This document shows, in pieces, positions 39,100 through 51,291 of a stretch of DNA of 64,000 nucleotides (position 1 is its first letter; every line of letters starts with the position of its first letter). The position numbers and the translations under genes were made by a program. The stretch comes from Octopus sinensis (Eukaryota). The notes beneath the pieces were generated by a model. The model ran no database searches, was not told the origin of the DNA, and saw only the letters and a program-made list of their open reading frames with translations. The DNA lies in the NCBI RefSeq assembly GCF_006345805.1, contig NC_042998.1, positions 199,640,001 to 199,704,000 on the forward strand, in the 5' to 3' direction.

Positions 39100-41266
39100 T
39101 GACGGCTTCTAAATACAGCAAGATATCACTTTACTGAATATGTTAACTGTGTAGATATCATATTGACTCAAAAAAAGTACGACGCGATTAAGAGTACCAA
39201 ATATTATGTCACGTTTGAAATACTCTTCAGCACTTCTATTGGTAATCATAAAAAAAAGAAACGTGCTTCTGATAATTTTTGTGGTGGTTGCTAATTTACT
39301 GTTGAGATATTGATGTGTTTGCAGCAGTAAATGTTTTCTTACTTGTACTTGTGGCGACATTCACCCTGGGCAGGTTGAGTCGGCTTCTTCCTTGAAAGAG
39401 GTTTCGTGGGAATATGTGGATATCACAAGCGGTCTCCAAAGATCCCGCATGTATAGACATCCTGTTTGCCGCAGATTGTCCGCAGACGCAGGGACAAAAC
39501 GACCGAGGAACCACCGGTTGTCGAAGCAGACACTCCGAGGATCTTCACCAGAGCTCCTTCTGCCGGGTTGTGGACCTAAATACCACTCGGTGTCAGACCA
39601 ATCCGCCTTGGGTGGCCCTACCAGGAACAAGAAGTTCCCGACGGCATAGCTCTGACACTACCCGTTGCCAGCGTCCCCACCAAGGTGAGGAAGGAATGGA
39701 CTTTGATATTAACCATTCCAAGAATCCGCCAATATCCGACAGAACTTCTAAGCAACTGTTAGTTCTATGTAGCAAAAGTGCCTACTAATAACGGACCACA
39801 ATACTGGAAGAATCTGCTGTATCAATTGTACCGGTGCCACTTGATGAGGAACTGACGATTTCAGCCTGTTTAACCTTGGAATAAACAGATGAATTTAACA
39901 TTACAATGAAAATTGGAAGGAAACAGCAATCTCATGCTAAAAAAACAAAACAAACATAAAAACTTCCTAAACTTGGAAGAATTTGACGACTTTCTTAGAG
40001 ACAGGAATCGTACTAAATCTACTACAGTTCTGAATGGTGGAATAAAACCCCGTTGATGCAAATGTAACAATTTTGAGGTGCCAGGCATAGCACGTAGCTT
40101 TCCCAGATTCTATTCAGTGTGCTTCTGTTCTGATTTTAAAAGGTCTGAAGTGATTGATTTTACCTCGAGCCTGATCAAAGACTGTTGACCAAAATCAATC
40201 ACGTTCATTGACAACTCTATTACAAGTCTGAAAGCATTGCTGTTTCTCAGCGGCAACCTGTATCCATTCATCTCTGGTGGTAAATGCGGTAACTTCAAAG
40301 AAGATTACCAAAACATTAATGTCTTGCTCTAAGAGATTAAATATGACGACTATATGTCGGATGTATAAGATGATTTCAAGATGTCGGTATTTATGCCCGG
40401 ATTGCAGTGGAAGATAGACTAAGCAGCCTTGCATTTTATGTGAGATAACAGGGATAGACAAAAACAAGCAGCCGAGTACTCAAGATGTAAAGAACAATGT
40501 ATCCTTAGCGAGAGCCTTTCTGCCTCTGCACCCTATTAAACTAGGCTTGATAAAATGATTTCTTTGCAACTCTGAATCACGGTACGGAAAACTTATACCA
40601 ATATACGAAGAATTTATGTGAAATTGATCTATGCAAATTTAGTTCCTGTGTTTATTGCGCTCTATTTGAAATAGGGACTTCTATGCAAAACTCTGAATAT
40701 AAAACTGACGGTTTGGGCGAAAACCACTTGGAATGCATTGAAGAAGGTTGTCCATAGTTTTCTGAGAGCAACACAATGAAGTACACGATCCTTTTGAAGA
40801 ACTGTTTGAAAGTTACAGAAATATGTAGAACTGCACTATCCGCATTCTCATATTTGGGATTTTTCTACGCAATCCTGCTTCTATGTCAGAAGAGCATGGT
40901 GAATGTTACCATCAGGATATAGAGCTGAGTGGAATTAAACACTGATGGGTGATTTCATTTGAAACTTCTTTTCAGAAGAAAGTTGAGGGCAGAGGAAAAA
41001 AAATACAATGTAATGTTTACTATTGATCGTATTGATGTTTTTAATCAATTGTACCATCACAATTCTATATAACTTTTTGCATTATTCATGATTGTCCGTA
41101 ATATTTTCTTCACAATTTTATTAATATATTAGATAACACTGTTGAAATTATAATAACTAACGTTTTAGTATAATAAACATTATAATCTTTATAAAAACAT
41201 TATAAAAGCTAATGCGATTTTTGTTTGCTGCGAAAGAGAACTTTCATTAAAATCAGTTACATAGTG
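39100..41266 (+). mobile_element. Second, more decayed Chapaev-3-like transposon with right terminus; interrupted at ~39350-39700
   Basis: FIDNSITSLKALL..GNLYP, KEDYQNINVLL*EIKY, DFKM..GLQ, TKQPCILC, IKLGLIK, SEEHGECYHQDI; right end ...CAGTTACATAGTG (reverse complement CACTATGTAAC). Confidence 0.7.
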
Positions 41267-41359
41267 TAGATTTTATAACATCATATCTATATTTTAGTAA
41301 TATATAGTACAGAACTAAAGTAATGCCAGTAAGCTTTTGTGTTGAGAGAAGCTAATGTA

Positions 41360-42910
41360 TTATTTCTTATTCTTTATGCGGGCAAGTACCTTTCCAACCA
41401 CAGACAAAAGCGAAATCTCACGAAAATTACCACACAGATCCTTTGGCCCGGATTTATACGAGGAGAGTAAAATGGCATCAATCCAGTCTTGAGACACTTT
41501 CTCAGTTCTCCAACTGTCACAAATTAAAATATGTAAGAGTTCAAAAATTTTGTCACCCCCATATTTCAAGACGTCAGCACATATTCCATCAGACCCCGGA
41601 GACATATTTTTACTCAGCTTATTCACAGCTAAATAAATGTCATTTGGAGTTGGTTCAAATGCCATCTCTTCTAAAACTGGAAGGCGTTTGATTCTTTCTA
41701 TCGTTCTCATGTAAACGGATGATAGTCTATTCAAAAGTACAGAAAAATGTTCTACCCAACGATTATGAATAGAAGCGGTGTCAGTCAAAAGAAAACGTCC
41801 ATTTGCTGTTCTCACTGGAGTTACTCAGGAAGATTTTGAGCTATATACCTCCTGAACATAAGAGTACAAACCCTTGGTATCATTTCTGTCAGCTGCTTCT
41901 TGTGTCCCTTTTGCTCCATTATTCCAACATTCCTGTTTAAGTTTCGTTTGAGATGGGGTTCAAGGACTAAGAAAGAAGTGTATTGTTTAACTTTTTTGTT
42001 CGAAAAGTAAATCATGAATTTCTGCTCATTTTTCTGAGAACCAATCACTGAGATTTATGAGATTAAAATCCCACTGACGGACTTGCAGCCTGAAATACTT
42101 TTGTTTTGAAATCTTCCCAAGATTGATACTTTTTATAGCATCGTTGAATCTTTGAAAGTTGCTTGATTATTTAAATTTTGCAACATTTAATTTTTAGGTA
42201 CCTTATGACCAGACTGTTGATTTTTAGGCATTATCGAAAAATCTATTTTTCTACGCACTAGATGATGGTCAGTTCAGCTGTCTGCCACTCTCATGACCCG
42301 AATACTAGATACGTCTTTCCTATCACGTTTCCTGATAAGTATATAATCTATGAAATGCCAGTGCTTAGATCTTGGGTGCATTCAGGTGGTTTTATATTTA
42401 TTTTTCTGCTTAAACAGAGTGACGCTGACAAACCAAATTATTCTCAGTACAAAACGTCAAAAGAGCTACTCCATTTTTATTGCATTTTCCAATCCCATGT
42501 CGACATAGAACAGGCTATGAAACGTAGTCCTTTCCAACTCTTGCATTGAAATCTCCCAATATGACCAGCTCGTCAGAAATTGGTACTTACCTCAATAATT
42601 GTGCTAGATCGTCATAAAACTGTCCTAGAATTTCATCAGAATGGGACATTGTTGGTGCATAACTACTGACAACGGTAATAAACCTACCATTTGTTAGTTT
42701 AATACGGCATGGCGTATTCTTGAGAGCAAATCCAACACCAGATTCTCCACCCTGACCCTTGTATAGAGCTCTCCAAAAGATAGTATATCCATAAGTAGGT
42801 TCATTTATTTGACTCTTACCAGAGAGACGAATTTCAGAGAACGCAATTATATCAAGGGAATATTTATTGAGCTCACATGCAATAAGTGTAGTACGACTTA
42901 TATACACTTG
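41360..42910 (-). mobile_element. RTE/BovB-like LINE 5' part: APE endonuclease and RT start, 3'-truncated
   Basis: ELNKYSLDIIAFSEIRL, SGVGFA, SYAPT, VILGDFNA; RWVEHFSVLLNR, SPGSDGI, GNFREISLLSVVGKVLARI. Confidence 0.9.
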
Positions 42911-43589
42911 CTTTACGAATATTACATTTACGATTCGTTGGTAGTAATGCTTTCGTGATTGCTAATCACAGGTGTTTCCATTTCATTTCAATTGCATTGT
43001 CAACACTCGGGAACAAGGATTGACTGCCACAACTCATTTATATTATATAATGAATATAAAACATCTTAGTAAATTAGAACATTTATGACAAAAGCATTCT
43101 TTATATATTGCTTCATAATCGGTGATCAGTTCAGAGCCAGATGAATTAATGTTAATAACTGAAAGGGCGAGTCACTATTACGCAGATGGATGGATCTATC
43201 GTGACAGATTTTGCACTCGTACCCAATACGTAGCTACAAAATGAGTTTTCACATCACCACATTGCTTTTTGTTTTCTGCATTTCGCTGTAGGAAATCACT
43301 TATAAGTGTTTTCAGATTTACGTTTTGTTGACTTCAGAAAATGCAATTAGATTACTTGCACAGCAGGAAGTGCCCCTTAATTATGTTAAAATTTGAACTA
43401 TAGACCTCTGACGCATTTGTTTCTCCCTTTGTTTACAAAATAAATGGAACATTAAGAAAGTATTGACAGAAAAACAAAATATACTGTCTTTAACCCATGT
43501 TTAGTTATTTCGAAAAGATAATTTAGTTATCAAGTGACCGAAAACTCACCGATCTAAAAGCAAAGCACAAGTAAAAAGTAGAAACTTTC

Positions 43590-43630
<41 letters not shown>

Positions 43631-43741
43631 TATATATATATACATATACGCATACACATAGTTAAATATATATGTGTGTGCGTGTAAGTGCAGATATATA
43701 TATATATATGTGTGTGTGTATATGCATATATGTATATCTAT

Positions 43742-43934
<193 letters not shown>

Positions 43935-43952
43935 GTATATATATATATATAT

Positions 43953-44014
<62 letters not shown>

Positions 44015-44564
44015 GTATATATGTATATATATAAATTCAGATTCTTCGTTCAGATATTACTTTAAGGCTACATTAAATTATCTATAATAGCTATCGGCGA
44101 TTTACGTTTTTTTTTTTTTCAATTTTGCCATAATTGTTTTGCTGAGTGGTTAGCAAAATGTGTTGTGTTTTGGAAAAAAAAGTTGGAAAAAAAGCACACA
44201 GCAGAAGCTAACATTTGAAGGTTTTATTTTGTATTCAAACAAGATTATCCGTAGGGTTTCTCTTGATCTATCAGTGAAATGGCAATGTTTTGCCTTTTCA
44301 GCAGTTACGGTGTGCGCTGTAATTGTATGATAAGGTGAAATAACTTAGGTTGAGTTTAAATGTTGGCAAAACCGTTAAGAATAAACAATGAAACGAGACA
44401 ACCCATTCCTTAATTCTCCTCCTGTACAAATACATATATTTACACGAACATCCATTTACATCTACACGACCGCCTCCCCCTACAGCCACACACACATACA
44501 CACACATTCATACACGCACATATGTATGTATGCTTGTGATATATGTATGTATGTATATACACAC

Positions 44565-44630
<66 letters not shown>

Positions 44631-44661
44631 ACATATATATATATACACATATATATATATA

Positions 44662-44709
<48 letters not shown>

Positions 44710-44715
44710 ATATAT

Positions 44716-44895
44716 ATAATTTACAAAATAAGGGCAAAAGACAATTTTATCTTTTTTTCGGCATATTTGGCATTAGAATTTTTTCTTTTGCCCTTATTTT
44801 GTAAATTATTTATAAATTTAACCTTTAAAGGTATTTTTGGATATGCTGGCCATTGATAAAATTTTTTTCCCGAAAAAATTTTATCCTACATTAGT
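44716..44895. repeat. (TA)n-embedded element with 26-bp terminal inverted duplication
   Basis: Arms 44716-44741/44784-44809; distal part (ACCTTT..AGG..ATGCTGGCCA.TTGATAAAAT..TTATCCT) also at ~20990-21068. Confidence 0.85.
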
Positions 44896-44911
44896 TATAT
44901 GTATATATATG

Positions 44912-44942
<31 letters not shown>

Positions 44943-44964
44943 ATATATATGTTTTTATATATAT

Positions 44965-45013
<49 letters not shown>

Positions 45014-45402
45014 TATCAAAAGAAAGAGTGAACAAACGGTATGGACGTTTTGTTTTGGTGTCTCGCTTTGCCATATACGACTATGACAATTTGCATTCCC
45101 AACGAAACTCGTCTTTTTCCCAAAATTCTTCTCAAACCTGCTATAATGTAATACATATCTTTGGTGTGGTAATTGTGCGCGGCTGAAGAAGGCTATTGAC
45201 ATACATGTTACATCAATTATGCATTGATATAAACTGTTCAATAAAGCCAGAAACATATGTACCGCTAAATCCTTTGCATCCTGATTTTCTTTTGATTAAT
45301 ATACCCTTATACCTACACCACTAACTGGCATATATAGGTGCTTACAGTTATCAAGTATTCACTATGAATTTATATATATATATTTATATATATATATATA
45401 TA

Positions 45403-45590
45403 TTGATAAAACGGTAAGATAACAAAAGAAAGAAAGAGACCTCAATATTATGTAAATAGAGGAAATTTATCTATACAATATGTTACATTACTCGGTAGTC
45501 AAGATAACCGAAGAGATGGTGTTGTGGATTTCCACTTCGGCATCTGAAACTCAGAGTTTTATCTTGACTACCGAGTAATGTAACATATTG

Positions 45591-45594
<4 letters not shown>
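45403..45594. repeat. (TA)n-embedded element with 36-bp terminal inverted duplication
   Basis: Perfect arms 45472-45507/45559-45594; inner CCGAAG/CTTCGG stem. Confidence 0.9.
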
Positions 45595-45626
<32 letters not shown>

Positions 45627-45819
45627 ATACAACCGAAACAGCTACTAATAGTTTCATGCTTTTATGTTACCTGAGGATACATGCTTAAAAATACGCTATG
45701 TGTCTTGAAGCAATCTTTCAGGGTCTGTTTATATTTATTTTTAAAAGACAAGGGCACTAGACCATAAAAAAAGAAGAAAGAACCTAGAAAAAAACGTGAA
45801 GAATTTTGGTGCAGAATAC

Positions 45820-45890
45820 ACTTGCCTAAGGTGACACGCAGTAGGACTGAACCCGGAACCATGTGGTTGGTAAACAAGCTACTTCTAAAC
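45820..45890 (-). mobile_element. SINE family A head fragment
   Basis: ACACTTGCCTAAGGTGACACGCAGTAGGACTGAACCCGGAACCATGTGGTTGG. Confidence 0.75.
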
Positions 45891-45914
45891 GACTGCGTCT
45901 TTCTATATATACTG

Positions 45915-45988
<74 letters not shown>

Positions 45989-46001
45989 TATAGAGTGTTA
46001 C

Positions 46002-49000
46002 GTGTGATGTACAGAAATTGAATATTTCTTTCTTTCAATTTCTGTACATCACACCAAACGCTCTCTACATATCTCCTTGGATGTACAAAGTGTCAGAATG
46101 AATGTATCACAATCAAACTCGTAGCCGAGAAACATCAAATATACAGAACTTCTCACAGAAATATCTAATAGGTTGAATTTACTTATTTCAAGAGTGGATA
46201 CAATCTTCACCAATGCAGATAAAACTGTGAATGATGCCCGTACAGAAGGTGCTGTAACAATAGAGACAAACAACAAAAATATAGCAAGAACTCACTCACT
46301 TGAAACCAAGTCTCTGTAAGTTCTACGACAAAACACCTTGAAGCCACATCTCTGGAAAAAAAACTTCTTAATCAACGGAAACATGCATATTAGAGAAGCC
46401 TTCGATGCAACAATATAGAAAACACCTACCAGAATTGGCGAAACAAAGGAAGCCTAATCCTGCCCAGAAAATCTTTTATTAAAGAAATAAGAATTGAATC
46501 ATTGGAAGAGACAATGACACTTGCGAATTTAGCTTTATGCCGACAAGAAACAGAAATCGCTCTTGTACAATCAAGAAAAATAAGACACGAAGAGAAAGTA
46601 AAAAATATTGACGCAGTCGTATTTGCTGAAATTGCTGAGCAGAGTGAAAATCAATGTCATAAAAACCTGCAAAAACTATGGAAAGAAGACACAAAACGAG
46701 AAGAAGGAAAATCCATAAAAATGTGGTTCACTAACTATGAAAAAAGAAAAACTATGGAGAGAAATCTATTATGAAAACGAAGCCACATCAACAAAAAAAA
46801 AATACGAAGAAATCGAAACCAAATACTAACCCCAGAGGAACAGGACTGAAGTATTGAACCTGTAATAACCCAAGAACGTACGCGGAAATTACCTCCATCT
46901 CACCTTAAGTACAGACTAGAAACCCATATTCTACAATATATAATAACACTGCAAATAGCCAACACATGAAATATAGAAGACAACCATCAACCCATAAATT
47001 CAAATACTATAGATGGATAAATACAAAGGAAAAATACATGAAAGCCAAATAACATACAGACAACCACCAACCCGTAATAACATGTACCCTAGATGGATGA
47101 ACACATGGGTAGAAAAACAAATAAAATACGGACAGCACATGTACTATAATAGGAATAATAGTCATCATGATAACTCAGGCAACTCACGATTTACGACCAA
47201 AAATCTCATAAATCCTGAATGGCGAAAAAAGCATGGAATATGGGAAGAAAAGAAAACTTATAAACAACGGAATTCGAATAAAAAACATGAACTATCCTTC
47301 CGCCTACATGGGAACCAGAACGCCGAAATCAGAAAATGGAGACATGGTAATACAATTCCTTTTTTAGGGAGAAATTACCAAAATCGCGCACCGGCCCAGA
47401 TGAAGCACACAATTTAAATAAACGCACAGAACATATAAACCCGAAGATCATAAATTTGTCAAATAAGAACCTCAACAAGAATGAGATGCATCTCCTATTA
47501 AAAGGTGTCAAGTTTACCCCGACACCCACCCCTAATTTCATTGAACTGAAATCTGATATTAAACACTTCAACTGCCACTTTCCGACTTAGAATTCTTCAG
47601 CAGTAAGGAATGAATCAATAGTTAGAAATAATCCCACTAGTTAGACATTTATATAGAAACGATTTCAAAAGTTCCCCTAAATACAGACAGAGGCAAACAA
47701 AATCTTCGTAAAGAAGAAAGGGAAGCCTTAAAAACACTGAAGAATGTTAACTCAATCATTCTAAAAGAAGCCGATAAGGGAGGGCGATAGTAATCATGGA
47801 CAAGGACTATTATGAAGATAAAATATTGGAAATATTAACAAACCAAACCTACTACAAGGAAGAACTAAGACACTCAGAAAAAACGATAATGAATAAAATC
47901 AGAAGAGTAATCAATGAATTCCAAGATTCCTTCACGGACAAGGAGAAAGATTATATATGCAACTCTGTAATCAAAGAGAGCAATTTCTACGGATTACCCC
48001 AAATCCACAAAAGCTCTGAAATACAAAGTGCCTCAAATAAGAAGAAGAACCAGTACGCAAAAATACTAAGGCCTGCTGACCTCAAACTAGGACCAATAGT
48101 TGCTGGACCTCAAGCACTAACACAACAACTAAGTCATTTTTTGTAGATATACTCCTAAACCCTTTGTGTCCTGTAATGTCTAGTCATGTACAGGATGGCA
48201 TAGACTCCATCCAACACATCCCTCCCACTGTCGCAGAAGTTCCTATACGCACAAGTTTTGATGTCACCAATCTCTATACTATGCTTCACACTTTAGGCTT
48301 AGAAGCCTCAACACTGGGTGAAGAAACATAGAGAACGGATAAATGAACGCTTCAAGACTCCTTCACCACCTAGGCCACACGCCTAGAACTAAAATAAAAT
48401 ACCTTTAGATTCGACGATAAAACATACCAACGGAAATAGGGCATGGCTATGGGTACGCGATTTGCGCCCTCATATGCAAACTTAGTTATGGGATACTTGG
48501 AAGAAAAACTCTATGAGGAAGTAGAAATATCTTTTGATCAGGAGTACAATAAATATATCATTAAAAAGTGGAAACGCTTCCTTGATGATTGCTTCATTTT
48601 CTGGGACAAATCGAATGAAGATCTAACTATATTTAACGTTATACTGAACACACTTGACCTATGCATCGAATTCATGACAGAATCCACTTGCAATGGACTA
48701 CCATTCCTGGCTATCCACATAAAAATACAGAACTCCACTGTCACAACATACACAAACCAATATTTAAATTTCTATTCTTGCCATGTATCACACATCAAAA
48801 GAAACATCCAATACAGTATGGCAAGACGCATCTTTGCTATAGTAACTGACCCCAAAATACGTGAAATCCGACTCAACGAACTTAAAGGGTTCTTTAAGAT
48901 GCGTAAATACCCATTATGATTAATTAATGAAGGAATTAAATTGGCGATGAAACTGAACATCACCAAACTACGTACACCTAAAGAAAAGTTTAATGAAAAC

Positions 49001-49600
49001 ACGATTCCGTTCGTTAACACACACAGTCCTGGAATAAACAACATCTTACACGCCATAAAATCGAACAGACATATACTCATACAAAACTCCAAAATGAAAA
49101 ATCTGAGTGAAAAAAACACCTTACGGAATAGAAGACGTTAACCAAGAAGTCTTAAACATATCACAAGAGCAGAATTCAAATCACAGAATAAATTAGAATT
49201 CTTAGTAAAATGATGTGGGATAGGAGATGTGTAACATGAAATGTCAACAACTTCAAATACTTGGTAAGTGATTCCCACATAAAATTCAAGAGCGGATCTC
49301 TTTTCAAAATAAATACAGATATGAACGGCAAAACGCAAAAGCACATAAACTGTATTACCTGCCCAAACTGCAAAGAAGATTACAATGGCGAAATAAATAA
49401 TTCCTTCTGCCAACGTGCAAGAATCCACAGGCAACACATCCGACAAGATGAATTACGCAATATTCCATTAAGTAAGAGTTTGGAAATATGCAGTGATGGA
49501 AAATTCAAAATGTTTCCCTTTTACAAATGTGCACTCCCAAAATTGAATGTTTCAAAGAAAAGCGGAGAACAGTACATTTTGTATTCTAAATATAACTCAA
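46002..49600 (+). mobile_element. Penelope-like retroelement (probably Neptune-type), near full-length ORF but decayed: RT + GIY-YIG endonuclease
   Basis: INLS..L...E..LL.KG.KF.PTP, KEADKG, FYGLPQIHK, LGPIVAG, SFDVTNLYT, AMGTRFAPSYANL, WKRFLDDCF, LPFL; Cys linker CG.RRCVT*; HINCITCPNCKEDYNGE...R...H (GIY-YIG); many stops and frameshifts; 21-bp inverted duplication at 5' end next to (TA)n. Confidence 0.92.
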
Positions 49601-49694
49601 ACATCGGAAACGTAATGCTCATCTCTGTAAATATTCAGATGTAAATATGTGTGGCATTGAGATGTTCTGAGCTTTGCGTGTTCCTCTAGTTTGT

Positions 49695-49840
49695 CGCCGA
49701 GGTCGACTTTGCCTTTCATCCTTTCGGGGTCGATAAATTAAGTACCAGTTACGCACTGGGGTCGATGTAATCGACTTAATCACTTTGTCTGTCCTTGTTT
49801 GTCCCCTCTATGTTTAGCCCCTTGTGGGCAATAAAGAAAT
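49695..49840 (+). mobile_element. SINE family B 3' fragment
   Basis: CGCCGAGGTCGACTTTGCC...AATAAAGAAAT. Confidence 0.88.
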
Positions 49841-50323
49841 ATATACTAATGTTCCCTAATGCAAAAACATGAAATTGAAAGAGACGTAATCGAAGTTATA
49901 CAGTATAAACATGGACAAGAAATACACACACGCACGCGCACACACTCGCACACATACACACGCGTGCGCGCACGCACAAACACTTCATCAGAGGATTCTC
50001 TCCCAAAATGAATGTTTGAAGGTAAAGTAGAGAATTTGAATTTTTTTATTCTGAATGTGGCTCATCTCTACAAATGTTCAAAGATATACATGTAGCTTGG
50101 GGATGTTCCTGCTCTACGTATATATGTTTTATGTATACATACATACATACATACATATATATATATACCAATTAAGGACTGAACACGAAAAGTGGACAGT
50201 CAACATGCTAGATATAGACGTCAAATCGCCATTCTCCACAAAGATTATGTTCTCAAATAAAACTCAGCACAAAACCAAAGCAATAAACAAGACAAATGAC
50301 AATATACGAAATAAAATAATTAC

Positions 50324-50386
50324 CCATGTACTGATCAGTTTCGGTTATTATTATCCGCAAGGATAACTGTAACTTCATCAGCATGG
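50324..50386 (-). ncRNA. Minimal type I hammerhead ribozyme, core intact, in a (TA)n-flanked element (~50168-50505)
   Basis: Minus strand CCAUG-CUGAUGA-AGUUACAGUUAUCC(UUGC)GGAUAAUAAUAACC-GAAA-CUGAUCAG-UA-CAUGG: perfect 5-bp stem I, palindromic helix III, GUA triplet; first pair of stem II is an A.C mismatch. Confidence 0.8.
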
Positions 50387-50744
50387 TCTGTTATGAATAT
50401 AATTTGCTGGACTAGATGCAAAAACGACACCGGAGTTGAACCGATTATATTCGAATGTATTTCTCAAATGCCTTTACTTTGGCGCGCTGAGGCCCGAAAA
50501 AACCATATATATATATATATATATAGGGTTTTATTTATTTAATTACAAAATATTTAATTTCCAAATATTATACTAATGTTTTTTTCATGCAGAACTACAT
50601 TTCATCCAAAAATTCTCTCTAAAATTGAATATTTCTAAGAAAAGAGGAGACAGTGCATTTTGTAAACTAAATATAACTCAAACAGGAGAAAAAGAAAGAG
50701 AGGGGAAAAAGAAGGAAAATGGGAAGAGAAAGCAAAATTAATTT

Positions 50745-51076
50745 CAGTGATGACCACACCGCACCAGTTTCTTTTTTTTTTTTGAAGGGGTCACCGTCCT
50801 TAAAACCATTCCAATACAATGGTAAATAAGTAAATGAGTAAATGAATAAATGAATGTTGAATAGGAAGGGGTATCACCTTTCTCTCTCTTTTTCCCTTTT
50901 TTCTTTTTTTTTCTTTTCCTTTTTTTGTTCTTTTTTCCTTTTTTTTGTTCTTTTGTCCCTTTTACGATCCCTTTTGATGGAAAACCTACGCCACCTTTTT
51001 TTTTCTCCCCCAAAAGAAAAGCTCTAACTTGTAACTTGTCCCATCTGTGTGCAGCCCTGTGTGGCCAATAAAGAAA
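50745..51076 (+). mobile_element. Probable LINE 3' UTR whose terminus resembles the SINE B tail
   Basis: Ends TTGTCCCATCTGTGTGCAGCCCTGTGTGGCCAATAAAGAAA versus SINE B TTGTCCCCTCTGTGTTTAGCCCCTTGTGGGTAATAAAGAAA; upstream sequence unrelated to SINE B; no ORF left. Confidence 0.45.
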
Positions 51077-51291
51077 CTTATCTATCTCTATCTATCTATT
51101 TATCTAACTAACTATCTATCTATCTGTCTGCCTATATACCTCCCCACATTTCGATCTATCCATCCCCATTGTCATGGAACCTCACTTATCTATCTCTATC
51201 TATCTATTTATCTAACTAACTATCTATCTATCTGTCTGCCTATATACCTCCCCACATTTCGATCTATCCATCCCCATTGTCATGGAACCTC
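51076..51291. repeat. Perfect 108-bp tandem duplication
   Basis: Units 51076-51183 and 51184-51291 look identical. Confidence 0.92.

Noticed and set aside
49208-49240. TGA at a Cys position in the PLE linker (selenocysteine, as in Naiad PLEs)
   Set aside because: The element has many other stops and frameshifts; a single substitution explains it; no SECIS seen. A family consensus would settle it
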